Below are positions 23,047 through 33,633 of a DNA stretch of 64,000 nucleotides, piece by piece. The number at the start of each line of letters is the position of its first letter. Position 1 is the stretch's first letter. The DNA is taken from contig OZ244042.1 of assembly GCA_965215015.1 (NCBI GenBank), positions 3,008,001 through 3,072,000 on the forward strand, given 5' to 3'. A model generated the notes under the pieces. It saw only the letters and a program-made list of their open reading frames with translations, ran no database searches and was not told the origin of the DNA. The position numbers were made by a program, and so were the translations under genes. The stretch is from Candidatus Poribacteria bacterium (lineage in GTDB: Bacteria; Poribacteria; WGA-4E; PCPOR2b).

Positions 23047-23074
23047 TTGACGCAGGTTCATATATCCGTATAAT
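23047..23074 (+). promoter_or_regulatory. sigma70-type promoter
   Basis: TTGACG-16nt-TATAAT, 70 bp upstream of a CDS. Confidence 0.6.
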
Positions 23075-23143
23075 GAACTCCTATTCCGGCTTTTGGGCAC
23101 AGGTTTGTAGAATATAGAAAGATTTCAGTTGAGGAGATAGCGT

Positions 23144-24145
23144 ATGAGCGATGTACTGTCGGTGGGCGTTATCGGCGCAGGAGGGATTGCTCGATCGCAT
23201 ATGAACGCAATCGAAGCAAATGATAACATCCGGCTGGTCGCAGTTATGGATGTAGATACCGACCGAGCGGGTGCAGCAGCGGAGGAGTTTAGTGCTAGTG
23301 CTTATACAGCGCTTGAACCGCTTTTAGACGATGCGCGGGTGGAGGCGGTGCATGTCTGTACACCTCACTCCTTACACGCCGATCAGGTGGTTACGGCAGC
23401 GGCGGCGGGGAAACATGTGTTGGTGGAAAAGCCGATGGCATTGACGCTGGCAGATTGCGATCGGATGACCGATGCCTGCGATCGAGCCGGAAAGATTCTG
23501 ATGGTGGGTCAAGTGATGCGGTACTACCCGGTAAACCGTATGATACGGAATATGTTGGTTGACGGAGAAATTGGGCAGGTGGGACACCTGATACGGCGGC
23601 GGTACAGCTATTTCAACCCAACACCAGCGGGGAGCGACTCTCGACATTGGTATCTCGATCTGGAGATGGGGGGAATTTGCGTCCTCTACTGCTTTGGGCC
23701 CCATGAATACGACATTCTACACTGGTATCTTAATTCGCCTGTAAGGCAGGTCTACGCCCAAGGGTCAGAGAGTACCGATCTGTACCGGGGACAAAAAGAC
23801 TCCTATACCGCCATGATGACGCATGAAAATGGCGCAGTGAGCGTACTATCGCAAACGGTTGTCTGTCACACCAGTGCCCACGATCAGTACATCGTCGGCA
23901 GCACAGGTTCAATGATGCTAACAGGCGATAAGTTGACCGTCAACGGAAAGGAAGTGTCGGTAGAAGGATCGAGCCGAGAAGGCATGTCCAACCAGATACG
24001 AGAGTTTGCGACCTGCTGCCTCGAAGGCCGTAAACCCGATGCGAGTGGTCACTCCGTGCGTCACTCGATGGCGGTGATTGAAGCGGCTAAACTGAGTGCC
24101 GAACGGAATGTACCGGTTCAAATGTCCGAATTTGATAGAACTTGA
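23144..24145 (+). CDS. Gfo/Idh/MocA-family oxidoreductase
   Basis: GVIGAGGIA, GKHVLVEKPMA. Confidence 0.92.
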   Translation: MSDVLSVGVIGAGGIARSHMNAIEANDNIRLVAVMDVDTDRAGAAAEEFSASAYTALEPLLDDARVEAVHVCTPHSLHADQVVTAAAAGKHVLVEKPMALTLADCDRMTDACDRAGKILMVGQVMRYYPVNRMIRNMLVDGEIGQVGHLIRRRYSYFNPTPAGSDSRHWYLDLEMGGICVLYCFGPHEYDILHWYLNSPVRQVYAQGSESTDLYRGQKDSYTAMMTHENGAVSVLSQTVVCHTSAHDQYIVGSTGSMMLTGDKLTVNGKEVSVEGSSREGMSNQIREFATCCLEGRKPDASGHSVRHSMAVIEAAKLSAERNVPVQMSEFDRT

Positions 24146-24203
24146 TAAGCGAGTATAATCCGCCCCCTCAAACGATTTTGAATTAGATGAAAGGAAATCC
24201 TGT

Positions 24204-25802
24204 ATGAAACTACCTCAACGAAAGTACGGCACTGTAGTTGGGCCTCACCCTAGGACCGCCAATGCTGGTATGAATATCCTTCAATTGGGCGGCAACGCGG
24301 TGGATGCTGCTGTCGCGGCTGCTTTCACCGAAGGAGTCGTTGAACCGAGCCACAACGGCGTAGCGGGTTATGGCGGATGTATGGTCATCTACTTGGCGGA
24401 TCAGCAAAAAGTTGTCGCCATTGACTACAATACAGTGGCTCCTGCCGCTGCGTCGGATCAGATGTTCACCATCGAAAAAACCGATACCCCAGCAGGCTAC
24501 CGGGTGCCAGGGAGAGTTAATCTCCACGGCCCCTTGGCAGTCGGCGTCCCCGGCGTGGTAGCAGGATTATGTTTGGCACTCCAGCAATTTGGATCCATGC
24601 CCCTCACCGAAGCGGTTAAACCGGCTATCCGATCCGCCCGTTACGGATTTATCCCCAACACCGCTAATCGAAACGGCATAGCTGGTAACGCGGAACGCTG
24701 GCGTCAGGAGTTCCCAGAGACCGCGCGTGTTTTTCTGAAAAACGGTCGTCCGCCGAAGCCGGGTGAACGGCTTACAAACCCCGATCTCGCTCGAACACTA
24801 GAAACCGTCGCCGAAGGTGGATCCCTCGCCTTCTACCAAGGTAGTATCGCACAAAACATCGCCGATTACATCCAAGAAAGTGGTGGATGCTTGACCGTTG
24901 AAGATTTTCAGCGTTATACACCGCGGGTGCTTGAGCCGTACGAAATCAGTTATCGGGGATATCGGGTCTATACAGCCCCGCTCGCTGCCGGGGGATTGAC
25001 CACCTTGCAGATACTTCGATTAATTGAACCGTATGACGTTGGAAGTACCTCTCTCGTTGAGCGAACACACCTCCTCGCCGAAGCGATGAAAATCGGTTGG
25101 TGCGAGCGGCTCAGTCTATTTGGCGATCCCGATTTTGTGGAGATTGATGTCTCAGAGGAGCTTTCGGATTCATTCGTCACTAAATTCATGCCGCAGCTGA
25201 AAGAGGGACTGAAATCACCAAAGCCGGGGAAAATTGTGTATTATGAGCCGCTCAATTGCACCAGCCACATCTCCACAGCGGATAGCCGTGGAAATATGGT
25301 GAGCCTCACACAAACGCATGGCGGCGGATTTGGCTCAATGGTTACTGTACCGGGGACAGGACTGCTGTTCGGTCACGGGGTCGGTCGTTTCGATCCGCGA
25401 CCGGGGTTTGCTAACTCCATCGCGCCCGGCAAACGCCCGTTGCATAACATGGCACCGATGCTCGCGTTGCGGAACGACGCTCCCTTCGCTACTTACGGTA
25501 TTCCCGGTGGGCGCACTATTCCGAACAATCAGCTCAGTATCTCGGTGAACCTCATTGATCTGCAAATGACCGCTCAAGAAGCCTTAGATGCACCTCGCGT
25601 ACACAATGAAGGTGCAGAGCCGATTGGCGTCGAAGAGCGCGCCGGTGCGGATGTGCTCGAAGAGTTGCGAGAACGGGGGCATCAGGTTGACACACAGTCA
25701 GGCATTGGCGGGCCCGGCCATGCGATTGTGCTTTCGGATGATCCGACTGTCCAATCCGGGGGCACTGACCCGCGCGGTGAAGGCCGAGTAATATCGCTGT
25801 AA
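24204..25802 (+). CDS. ggt: Gamma-glutamyltransferase family protein
   Basis: GGNAVDAAVAA, VGVPG, catalytic Thr in CTSHISTAD, PGKRP, DPRGEG. Confidence 0.9.
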   Translation: MKLPQRKYGTVVGPHPRTANAGMNILQLGGNAVDAAVAAAFTEGVVEPSHNGVAGYGGCMVIYLADQQKVVAIDYNTVAPAAASDQMFTIEKTDTPAGYRVPGRVNLHGPLAVGVPGVVAGLCLALQQFGSMPLTEAVKPAIRSARYGFIPNTANRNGIAGNAERWRQEFPETARVFLKNGRPPKPGERLTNPDLARTLETVAEGGSLAFYQGSIAQNIADYIQESGGCLTVEDFQRYTPRVLEPYEISYRGYRVYTAPLAAGGLTTLQILRLIEPYDVGSTSLVERTHLLAEAMKIGWCERLSLFGDPDFVEIDVSEELSDSFVTKFMPQLKEGLKSPKPGKIVYYEPLNCTSHISTADSRGNMVSLTQTHGGGFGSMVTVPGTGLLFGHGVGRFDPRPGFANSIAPGKRPLHNMAPMLALRNDAPFATYGIPGGRTIPNNQLSISVNLIDLQMTAQEALDAPRVHNEGAEPIGVEERAGADVLEELRERGHQVDTQSGIGGPGHAIVLSDDPTVQSGGTDPRGEGRVISL

Positions 25803-25816
25803 TACAAAGTAAGAAA

Positions 25817-25866
25817 GTAGTAGGCACACTCCGCGTGCCGTAAACCACACAACCGTTATGGCATAT
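25817..25866. repeat. REP/REPIN-like palindromic element (degenerate)
   Basis: GTAGTAGGCACACTCCGCGTGCCGTAA...; related to 50467-50535. Confidence 0.5.
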
Positions 25867-26093
25867 TGCTTCGCTAACGCTCAACTTCCATTAAACTGCC
25901 AACCCCGTCGGTCGGGCATCTTGCCTCATCTGCCATCTGAGACCAATACCTGTATCCGTGCAATCTGCGTCAGTCATTTGTTGAATCCGCGATTTAGACA
26001 ATAATAAAGCACGAAGAGAAACCAAGTTTTGAAGAAAAAACTCGGAGGCTGTTGCACGATTTCTTAACATGAGCCACACTCTTAGAGACAAAC

Positions 26094-27335
26094 ATGATGA
26101 ATACATACCGGACCAATCTTTTTATTAACACACAGGTTCACCCTCCAGCAGACTACGGGCCAGCACAAAAAGCATTACTGAACCAGGACGCCTTTGCCGA
26201 TGTGGAAGCAGAGGTTACAAACCTGCCCGGTTATAGACCGACGCCGCTGATGGCGTTGAATGGTCTTGCTTCGGCGAGCGGTGTCGAGGCCCTGTGGTGC
26301 AAGCACGAGGGATATCGATTCGAGGTGGGGAGTTTCAAACCAACGGGGCCCGTCTACGCAATGCTATCCGTGTTGAAAGGTGAAATCAAAAAAGCCATAG
26401 GTGTGGAAACAGTTACGACGCAAGACTTGATAGATCGGAAGTATGAATCGGTGACGCCAGGGATTGTCGTCTCGGCGGCAACGTCGGGTAATCACGGGCG
26501 AGCGTTGGCTTGGGGTGCCCGTATGTTCGGTTGTGGGTGTGCCATTTACATGAACGATGGCGTCAGTGCCGGCAGGGAGGCAGCGATTGCTGCCTACGGC
26601 GCAGAGGTGGTACGGGTGCCGGGAAACTATGACCGAGCGGTCCAACGCTCCTATGCGGATGCTAAGACATTAGGCTATTTTGTCATCTCGGATGACAAGT
26701 CCGCCGACTATCCCCACGTTGCCAGCGAGATTATGCAGGGCTACGCAATGGTTGCGGACGAAATCGTGCAACAGTTCATCAACGCTCCCCCCCCCACCCA
26801 TGTCTTTATCCCCGGCGGTGGCGGTCGATTTGCTGGTGCGACCTGCGGGCATTTGTGGGAGCGATATGCGAGCAACCATCCGCGGGTAGTTGTTGTTGAA
26901 CCCACCACGTCTGACTGCCTATATCAAAGCATGGTCAAAAACAGGGCTACAACCGTCAGCGGGGATGGGCGGTCAGTTATGGACGGACTGGTTGTCGAAT
27001 CGGCTTCGCCCCAAGCGTGGAGTATTCTCAGGGATGGTGCTTTCGCTTTTCTTACTATCCCTGACGAAGCGGCTGTTGACGCCATACGGCAAGCAGCGGC
27101 AGGTGTCGGTGGAGATTCCCCGGTCGTCATTGGTGAGACAGGGATTGCAGCTTGGGCAGGATTTCTGGCAGCAAGCCGCGATGAAAATCTGCGTCAGCAG
27201 CTTGAGCTTGATTGTAACAGCCGGATCGTCCTCATTGCGACAGAGGGTGCGACCGATCCGGAGGTGTATCACAACCTTGTCGGTGCAAGTCCGGAAGCGG
27301 TTTTGACGGGACCCAAACCTCAATCAACAGAATAG
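26094..27335 (+). CDS. Diaminopropionate ammonia-lyase family PLP enzyme
   Basis: PTPL, GSFK (PLP Lys), ATSGNHGRA, IMQGY, TEGATDP. Confidence 0.85.
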   Translation: MMNTYRTNLFINTQVHPPADYGPAQKALLNQDAFADVEAEVTNLPGYRPTPLMALNGLASASGVEALWCKHEGYRFEVGSFKPTGPVYAMLSVLKGEIKKAIGVETVTTQDLIDRKYESVTPGIVVSAATSGNHGRALAWGARMFGCGCAIYMNDGVSAGREAAIAAYGAEVVRVPGNYDRAVQRSYADAKTLGYFVISDDKSADYPHVASEIMQGYAMVADEIVQQFINAPPPTHVFIPGGGGRFAGATCGHLWERYASNHPRVVVVEPTTSDCLYQSMVKNRATTVSGDGRSVMDGLVVESASPQAWSILRDGAFAFLTIPDEAAVDAIRQAAAGVGGDSPVVIGETGIAAWAGFLAASRDENLRQQLELDCNSRIVLIATEGATDPEVYHNLVGASPEAVLTGPKPQSTE

Positions 27336-27346
27336 GGAGATTACGA

Positions 27347-28735
27347 ATGGCAGATTGTGTTCTCCAAACCTTGATACCAGACATCGAACGCTTGGCAGAA
27401 ACAAAGGTTGCAAAATATAGGCTTCCCGGCATGGCACTCGGCATTATCCGTGATCAAGAACTCGTTTGGTTCGGCGGGTTCGGTGCAGCGGATCTCGATT
27501 CGGGTCAAACACCTACCGAAAACACGATTGCCCGTATCGCTTCAGTGACGAAGACCTTCACGACAACTGCGGTTATGCAGTTGCGGGATCAGGGGAGGCT
27601 CACACTGGAAGATCCACTGACGCAGCACATTCCCGAATTCGCTTTGGCTCGCGCTATCCGCGGCGATGTTGAAGGCGTGACGCTCCGACGATTGCTGACG
27701 CACCGCTCCGGATTAGTCACCGAGTCCCCGACGCCCGGTTGGAACGCTCTCGACTTCCCAAGCAGTGAGGAGATGCTTGACAAACTGCCGGAGACAGGGA
27801 TTGTTATCCCACAAGACTCCGCCTTCAAATACTCAAACCTCGCATTTGGGTTACTTGGCGAGGTGGTATATCGACTCACCGGTACGTCATATACCGAGTA
27901 CGTTCACACCAATATTATCGATCCACTTGGTCTAACGTCCACGGTCTTTGACCTCACGGACAAATTGCGTCCTCACTTCTTCGTCGGCTATAATCCGACA
28001 CCTTACCAAGACCGTCCTGAACGTGCTCTCTACGCCCACCTGAAAGGAATTTCATCGGCGGGGCAACTGCATTCCACCGTCAGCGACTTGGCAAAGTGGG
28101 TGTCGTTCCAATTCCAAACCGATGGCGGCGATCGCCGGGGAGCACAGGTGCTCAAGGGGCAAACACTCGTAGAAATTCAACATCCGCAATACGTCGAGCC
28201 GGATTGGTCGGCGGGGCAGTGCCTAGGCTGGCGGGCAACCCGCATCGGTAACCATGTCTATCACAATCACGGCGGTGGGATTCACGGCTTTGGAACACAG
28301 GTATGGTTTCATGTTCCGAGTAAAACGGGTGCGGTTGTTCTCATCAATATGTGGCCCCCGCACGGTGGTCTTGAGATAGCGCAAGAGGTGCTTGAGATGG
28401 TACTGAATGCCGACGAAGCGGTGCAGCCTGTACCAGAACAACCAACGCTTGAACCAACACCAGAGGCATTACAGTGCTTCATCGGTCATTACCGCGCTGA
28501 GCCGGGCATTGACGTGAACATTGAGATGCGTGACGGTAGCCTACGACTTGTGGCCCACGGTGGAGTTGCGTATTCCCTACACGCCCCGGCAACTCTCGAA
28601 CCGACCGCCAAGGAGAATGAATGGCTCGTCCTCGGTGGACGTGCAGCTGGAGAAATCGCCCTCTTTAAGTTTGACGACGATGATCGCGTGGTCAGCTACG
28701 AGTTGGGAGCTTTTGTGTTCAAAAAGCTGGTATGA
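27347..28735 (+). CDS. Serine hydrolase, beta-lactamase family
   Basis: SVTK (SxxK), LLTHRSGL, YSN, HGGG. Confidence 0.9.
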   Translation: MADCVLQTLIPDIERLAETKVAKYRLPGMALGIIRDQELVWFGGFGAADLDSGQTPTENTIARIASVTKTFTTTAVMQLRDQGRLTLEDPLTQHIPEFALARAIRGDVEGVTLRRLLTHRSGLVTESPTPGWNALDFPSSEEMLDKLPETGIVIPQDSAFKYSNLAFGLLGEVVYRLTGTSYTEYVHTNIIDPLGLTSTVFDLTDKLRPHFFVGYNPTPYQDRPERALYAHLKGISSAGQLHSTVSDLAKWVSFQFQTDGGDRRGAQVLKGQTLVEIQHPQYVEPDWSAGQCLGWRATRIGNHVYHNHGGGIHGFGTQVWFHVPSKTGAVVLINMWPPHGGLEIAQEVLEMVLNADEAVQPVPEQPTLEPTPEALQCFIGHYRAEPGIDVNIEMRDGSLRLVAHGGVAYSLHAPATLEPTAKENEWLVLGGRAAGEIALFKFDDDDRVVSYELGAFVFKKLV

Positions 28736-28808
28736 GGGCACTGTTGAACGTACAGCTTATCGTTCGCGTCATATAGAATATAACTTTCTGAATTATCCGT
28801 GGATTGCG

Positions 28809-29309
28809 TTACCGTATCCTTGAAATTTTGGGGACCCTGGCATTTGGGCTATAGGCAAACGGGTACCATTCATAGTAGGCAGCATAAGAGTAGTACGGAT
28901 TTTTATTTTTATGCCATGCTGTATCGGTGCGAACCCCCTCAAAATACTCTATATCTAATTGTCCTTCCTTGATAATCCCTGAGACTTCAATTGGACGATT
29001 TTCCCTCCGGGCGGCTGCCGCCATTTGGAGCATCGATCGGATGCGAGGCTGGTTCTCGAAATTGACCTTCTCTGTGCAGTTAATCCCGTTGACAACGATC
29101 CTCCATTCTCCTTCGTTGTCGAGCATTGGTGGCAAGAAATCACCGTGGTGAGGAGCTTCGGGAACACCAAGTATTGATATACGCTGTCCTTCGTAACGAT
29201 TTAGCTGTACCCTCAAGTTGTCGATAGCAATGGATTGATACGTCTTTCCACATCCTAGCCAAGTAACACAACCCCAGCATAAAATCAGAATAATCTTTAC
29301 CAGTTTCAC
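28809..29309 (-). CDS. Hypothetical lipoprotein
   Basis: Signal peptide with lipobox-like WLGC; GGAG RBS. Confidence 0.6.
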   Translation of the reverse strand: MKLVKIILILCWGCVTWLGCGKTYQSIAIDNLRVQLNRYEGQRISILGVPEAPHHGDFLPPMLDNEGEWRIVVNGINCTEKVNFENQPRIRSMLQMAAAARRENRPIEVSGIIKEGQLDIEYFEGVRTDTAWHKNKNPYYSYAAYYEWYPFAYSPNARVPKISRIR

Positions 29310-29390
29310 CCTTTAATTCCTCCTCGAATTGACAAATAGATTCTTGAGTAAAATAGCATACATTGTACCGCCGGTCAAGCCATAAATCAT

Positions 29391-30734
29391 GTCTCACTTA
29401 CCCCCATTTTTTTTAGAGTTGTAATGTTGGTTGTTTTTGCGAGGTCTAGATGTGAGAAAGGGTTATCAAATATGGTAAAATACCTCCCTGTATAAAATAA
29501 CCATTGTTTTAAACAAGGAGGTATTATGAAAGGCACCCACCGCCATAAGCGGGTGAATCCCAGTTCTATGATAACCACTCTGACCGAGATTTTCAACCCC
29601 GTATTGAAAAAACCGGCGTTAAAAAACCTGATACTCACGATCCTAGCCATTGTGTTGGCCCAGAAGTTTCGGATAAACGAAATTGCTTTACGCTTGCCAG
29701 TAGCCGTCAAACATCAAAAGACGAAACAGAAACGCCTGCTTCGATTCTTAGCTCGTCGCTTTCCTATTGACGCGGTGATGGGGTGCTGGTTGGGCTTTGT
29801 GCTCCGCCGGGTCTGTGAACGTCACGCCGGACGCCGGTTGATTTTAGTGGATGAAACCCAGGTGTTTGGCCATTTCAAAGCGATTGTTGCCGCGGTGCCG
29901 TTCCGCCGCCGGGCGGTTCCTATCTACTGGCACCTCTACACCGATGCTGAGATTCAACAGTTGACCTATACCAGCCATAATGAGATTATCCAACGCTTTT
30001 GTCTCACACTGTATCAAAAGACAGAAGCGATTTTACCGCCCCCGTGTGAAGCCACGTTGATATTCGATAGAGGCTTCGCGCGTGCTAAATATGTGATAAA
30101 GTTTCTCAAGACACAACGGATTCCGTTTATCATCCGCGTGTGTCGTAACGCGCGCATGACCGTCTGGGGCACTGTTAAAAAGGCAGAACAGTTGCAGGAA
30201 ACGGGGTTCTATCCACAGATTCTCTATCACTTAACCGAGCAGATTCGCCTCAACCTGTATGTCGTCAGACAGGCGCGGTTGGCTGAACCGATGTATCTGA
30301 TTTCAAGTCATCTGACGGGGCGTCAAATATACCACTATTATAAGCGAAGAATGCAGATTGAACACGGCTTTCGGGACATCAAGACCGGTTTTGGCTTTGG
30401 CAGCTTGAGACTCAAAAAACCGTCAAAAGCCCGCATCAACCTGTTATGGCTCTTAGCTTGTATCAGTTATGGCTTACTGTTTATCACCTATCAAAAGTCA
30501 GGCGATCGATGGGCAAAAACATTCAACACACGGACTAAAATATACTCACTCATTACCGTGATAAAGCGAGTGGTGGCTGAGGCGTGGAGCGGGTGGTGTC
30601 TCAATCCATGGTTCACACTCCCACTGTGCAGGGGAGATACATGCAAACACCCTTAATGACAGGTATTCTCACTATCCTAAATCATAAAAATATCTCAAAT
30701 CTATAACCAAAAAAAAATGGGGGTAAATGAACAC
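29391..30734 (+). mobile_element. IS4-like insertion sequence
   Basis: Inverted repeats TCACTTACCCCCATTTTTTTT / AAAAAAAATGGGGGTAAATGA; possible ATCAT target duplication. Confidence 0.8.
29526..30656 (+). CDS. DDE transposase (IS4-like)
   Basis: VDET, FDRGF, Y-(2)-R-(3)-E-(6)-K signature 'YKRRMQIEHGFRDIK'. Confidence 0.9.
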   Translation: MKGTHRHKRVNPSSMITTLTEIFNPVLKKPALKNLILTILAIVLAQKFRINEIALRLPVAVKHQKTKQKRLLRFLARRFPIDAVMGCWLGFVLRRVCERHAGRRLILVDETQVFGHFKAIVAAVPFRRRAVPIYWHLYTDAEIQQLTYTSHNEIIQRFCLTLYQKTEAILPPPCEATLIFDRGFARAKYVIKFLKTQRIPFIIRVCRNARMTVWGTVKKAEQLQETGFYPQILYHLTEQIRLNLYVVRQARLAEPMYLISSHLTGRQIYHYYKRRMQIEHGFRDIKTGFGFGSLRLKKPSKARINLLWLLACISYGLLFITYQKSGDRWAKTFNTRTKIYSLITVIKRVVAEAWSGWCLNPWFTLPLCRGDTCKHP

Positions 30735-30839
30735 ATCATTATTATCTTGACAATTATGATTATATCTCAATTTCATGAATTTTACAAAAAAATCTGCTGG
30801 TTTCAGAGTATTTTAACCCATTACCCCGTAACATGAAGT

Positions 30840-30868
30840 TTGACAGGGATCTGGACATAAAGTATAAT
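30840..30868 (+). promoter_or_regulatory. Consensus sigma70 promoter
   Basis: TTGACA-17nt-TATAAT upstream of the response regulator. Confidence 0.75.
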
Positions 30869-31057
30869 AACCACAACCAAAACGTGGAGAAAATTGCCCT
30901 TGCGTTTTAGGCTTCATATCCAACAATGTAGCGTTTATTCTTTTAACGGTTGAGGCTTCCTTGAGCTTAGTGATAGAATTATTTCCAACAACACATATTT
31001 ACGCCATCAATCCAGAAAATCATAGACCTGTAGGTGATTCTAAGGCGGGCAATTGCA

Positions 31058-31756
31058 ATGAAAACTTATAAAATCCTAGTTGTCGATGATGAAGTAGATA
31101 TCGTTGATTTCATCAGTGATTATCTGACGGGAGAGGGATATGAAGTTGTCAAAGCCTACGATGGGGTTGAGGCACTGGATAAAATGCGACAAGATTACCC
31201 GGATCTCGTTGTCCTCGACATTATGTTACCGGGATTGGATGGCTTTGAAGTCTGTAGGCAAATGCGGGCAGAGTCTGCTGTTCCAATTTTAATGGTAACG
31301 GCGAAAGGTAGCGATGTGGATAAGATCGTCGGACTGGAGATTGGCGCGGATGATTATATCCCGAAACCGTTCAATCCACGTGAATTGATGGCGCGGGTTA
31401 AAGCAATTTTACGAAGAACCTATCGCCAAGATTATCAACCTCATAGCCAGATGACAGCATTAAAATATAAAGACTTGTCCATTGATACCGAACGCCGGAG
31501 GGTAACCATCGGGAATAAGCTGTTGGAACTCACCATGAAGGAATTCGATCTTCTGCTATTTCTGATGCGAAACCCAGGACATGTCTATTCACGTGATCAC
31601 CTACTCGACTATGTGTGGGGTCGGGACAGCTTCGTGGGAGCGCGCACTGTTGATGTGCATATCCGGCGATTGCGAGAACAAATTGAGACAGATGGAAGCC
31701 ACCCGCAGTATATTAAAACCGTCTGGGGAGTTGGCTACAAATTTACCGATGAGTAG
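31058..31756 (+). CDS. OmpR/PhoB-family response regulator
   Basis: VVDDE, LDIMLP, GADDYIPKPF, winged helix RTVDVHIRRLR..VWGVGYKF; no adjacent kinase. Confidence 0.95.
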   Translation: MKTYKILVVDDEVDIVDFISDYLTGEGYEVVKAYDGVEALDKMRQDYPDLVVLDIMLPGLDGFEVCRQMRAESAVPILMVTAKGSDVDKIVGLEIGADDYIPKPFNPRELMARVKAILRRTYRQDYQPHSQMTALKYKDLSIDTERRRVTIGNKLLELTMKEFDLLLFLMRNPGHVYSRDHLLDYVWGRDSFVGARTVDVHIRRLREQIETDGSHPQYIKTVWGVGYKFTDE

Positions 31757-32858
31757 TTTTTTAATTGGACGGAAGAGTGGAAGCGTAAACCGATTGTGGA
31801 TTGCTGTGATTTGCCACTGCTCTAATCTCCCAATCTCACATTCTGCTCGCTCTCCCGCCTCAACCTTCCGTTCTTGCCCTCATCCTCTTCGCCAGCCTAC
31901 TTTTCTGTTTAAGCTGACCCTTTTTCTTATACTGATCGGAATAGAGATGCCAGGGGTCTCCGTGCATACGTATGCGGCATTTGAAGATGGGTTTATCGGT
32001 GCACGTGCTTTCGCAATGGGAGGCGCGTTTACAGCGATTGGGGATGAATCAGATGGGCTGCTGGTTAATCCCGCATCAATTGCGAACTTAAAACATCAAC
32101 CGGAATCGCACCAATCCGCCCAACAGTTATCAGCGACAACCGCAAGACTCCATGTCGGCTTGAGCGATGAAATATCAATTACGCAAAACCTGATCAGCTA
32201 TGCCTATTCCCAACCAACGCGAGGTGCTTTGGGATTTCTCTGGAAGCGATTAAATGCCGGGGGGTTGTATTCGGAGAATTACCTCCTCATTGGAGTGAGC
32301 AAAAGTTACGACTTAGGAACCAAAGAAAAACGCCGTCTCTCACTTGGGGGTGCAGTCAAGTTGCTAAATTGGGACACAGCACCTACAATTAGGGCAGATG
32401 GTTTAGTCGTGGAAGACTTACCGGGGCAGAGTCGGTTCGCTCTCGATGTTGGCATGATCTTTCGTCCATCCCCCAATATTCCAATAGCCCTATCCTTCCA
32501 GAACCTCAACACACCTAATATCGCTTCCACGAACTCACTTGTGACGGAGAATTTGCCGCTACAGGTGATGCTCGGCATTGGTATTGTTGCCGAGAACTCC
32601 ACATGGGGCATGGATCTCGTTTTCAAAGAGAGCGAGGTTGATGTCAAGGTCGGCATTGAGTCTCATTTTTACAAGGACAGCTTAGCCCTACGCGGCGGAT
32701 TCCGACTAGAAAATCTGGCATGGGGAACAAACTTGACACTCGGTGGTGGGTATCGTCCATTCAAAAGCCTCCGTATCGACTACGGTTTCCTTTTCCCTAT
32801 CGGCGGAATCAGGGATACATCGGGTAGCCATCGGTTTAGCATCGTTTGGGACTTCTGA
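31749..32858 (+). CDS. Outer-membrane beta-barrel protein (PorV/FadL-like); start uncertain
   Basis: 'GARAFAMGGAFTAI.D...L.VNPA' plug motif; C-terminal 'HRFSIVWDF' beta-signal. Confidence 0.7.
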   Translation: MSSFLIGRKSGSVNRLWIAVICHCSNLPISHSARSPASTFRSCPHPLRQPTFLFKLTLFLILIGIEMPGVSVHTYAAFEDGFIGARAFAMGGAFTAIGDESDGLLVNPASIANLKHQPESHQSAQQLSATTARLHVGLSDEISITQNLISYAYSQPTRGALGFLWKRLNAGGLYSENYLLIGVSKSYDLGTKEKRRLSLGGAVKLLNWDTAPTIRADGLVVEDLPGQSRFALDVGMIFRPSPNIPIALSFQNLNTPNIASTNSLVTENLPLQVMLGIGIVAENSTWGMDLVFKESEVDVKVGIESHFYKDSLALRGGFRLENLAWGTNLTLGGGYRPFKSLRIDYGFLFPIGGIRDTSGSHRFSIVWDF

Positions 32859-33171
32859 AACACTATCATTAGATCCAGAAGGTGTATGCCGGGTGCCCGA
32901 GGATCGTGCAGAGTATACCCCAGAAACTGCCGATGATAAATTCACCCAGGATCAAACTGAGGAAGAAGGGTACTGCCTGTTGGGGCACTTCGTTCCTACC
33001 ATACTGCAGCGGTGCAGCTTCGATTAACCAACTGAAAAAGATTCGACATTTTCATGTCTCGTTATAAGGGGAGGCGATTCTGGTAAAGCGTCATGAATGT
33101 TGGCGCCCCTTGCCAACATTACCCTTATAATACAACCAAATCAAACGGATTGTTAAGCCCAAAAATAATCA

Positions 33172-33633
33172 TTGCGAAAAGATTTGACACATCTTTCAAA
33201 ATGTGAGAGAATAATATCTCTATGGAAAATTGACAATAAATACTATATCAACTCGAAAGGCATAGATGTGTCTGGACATCGGAGTCAGTCAGTTGTCCGT
33301 GTAGTCCATGAATTACGGGGCAATCTAAGCACTGTAATTGGATCCACATTTCATAAATGTCTGCCTCCTTACCCCAATAACTTAGACAGAATCGAGGTGT
33401 ATTCCCGCAGAATTAGACAGCTCTATTGGAATAAAAGGGATGAATTGCTCGCACAAGACGATGTTATTGGTCACGGTCATGCCGTGGGGCTCGCTATTGA
33501 TGTTGATACTGATCAGGATAATCCCTGTAGCGAGGCCACATGTATAATGAGCTATAATAGAAACCGTTTGAAAGAGAACATGCACAACGCACACCACCAC
33601 GGAGAGTATGGGGTTAGACCTCTCCAACGATAG
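33172..33633 (+). pseudogene. Relic paralog of the 19135-19815 metallopeptidase
   Basis: YYINSKGIDVSGHRSQSVV vs YFVNFKGTDVPGHRSQKVV; VIGH--GHAVGL..CIM vs VVGHEIGHTINL..CIM. Confidence 0.65.

Noticed and set aside
31581-31748. 5' extension of the barrel ORF
   Set aside because: It overlaps the response regulator; the true start is at or after 31749.
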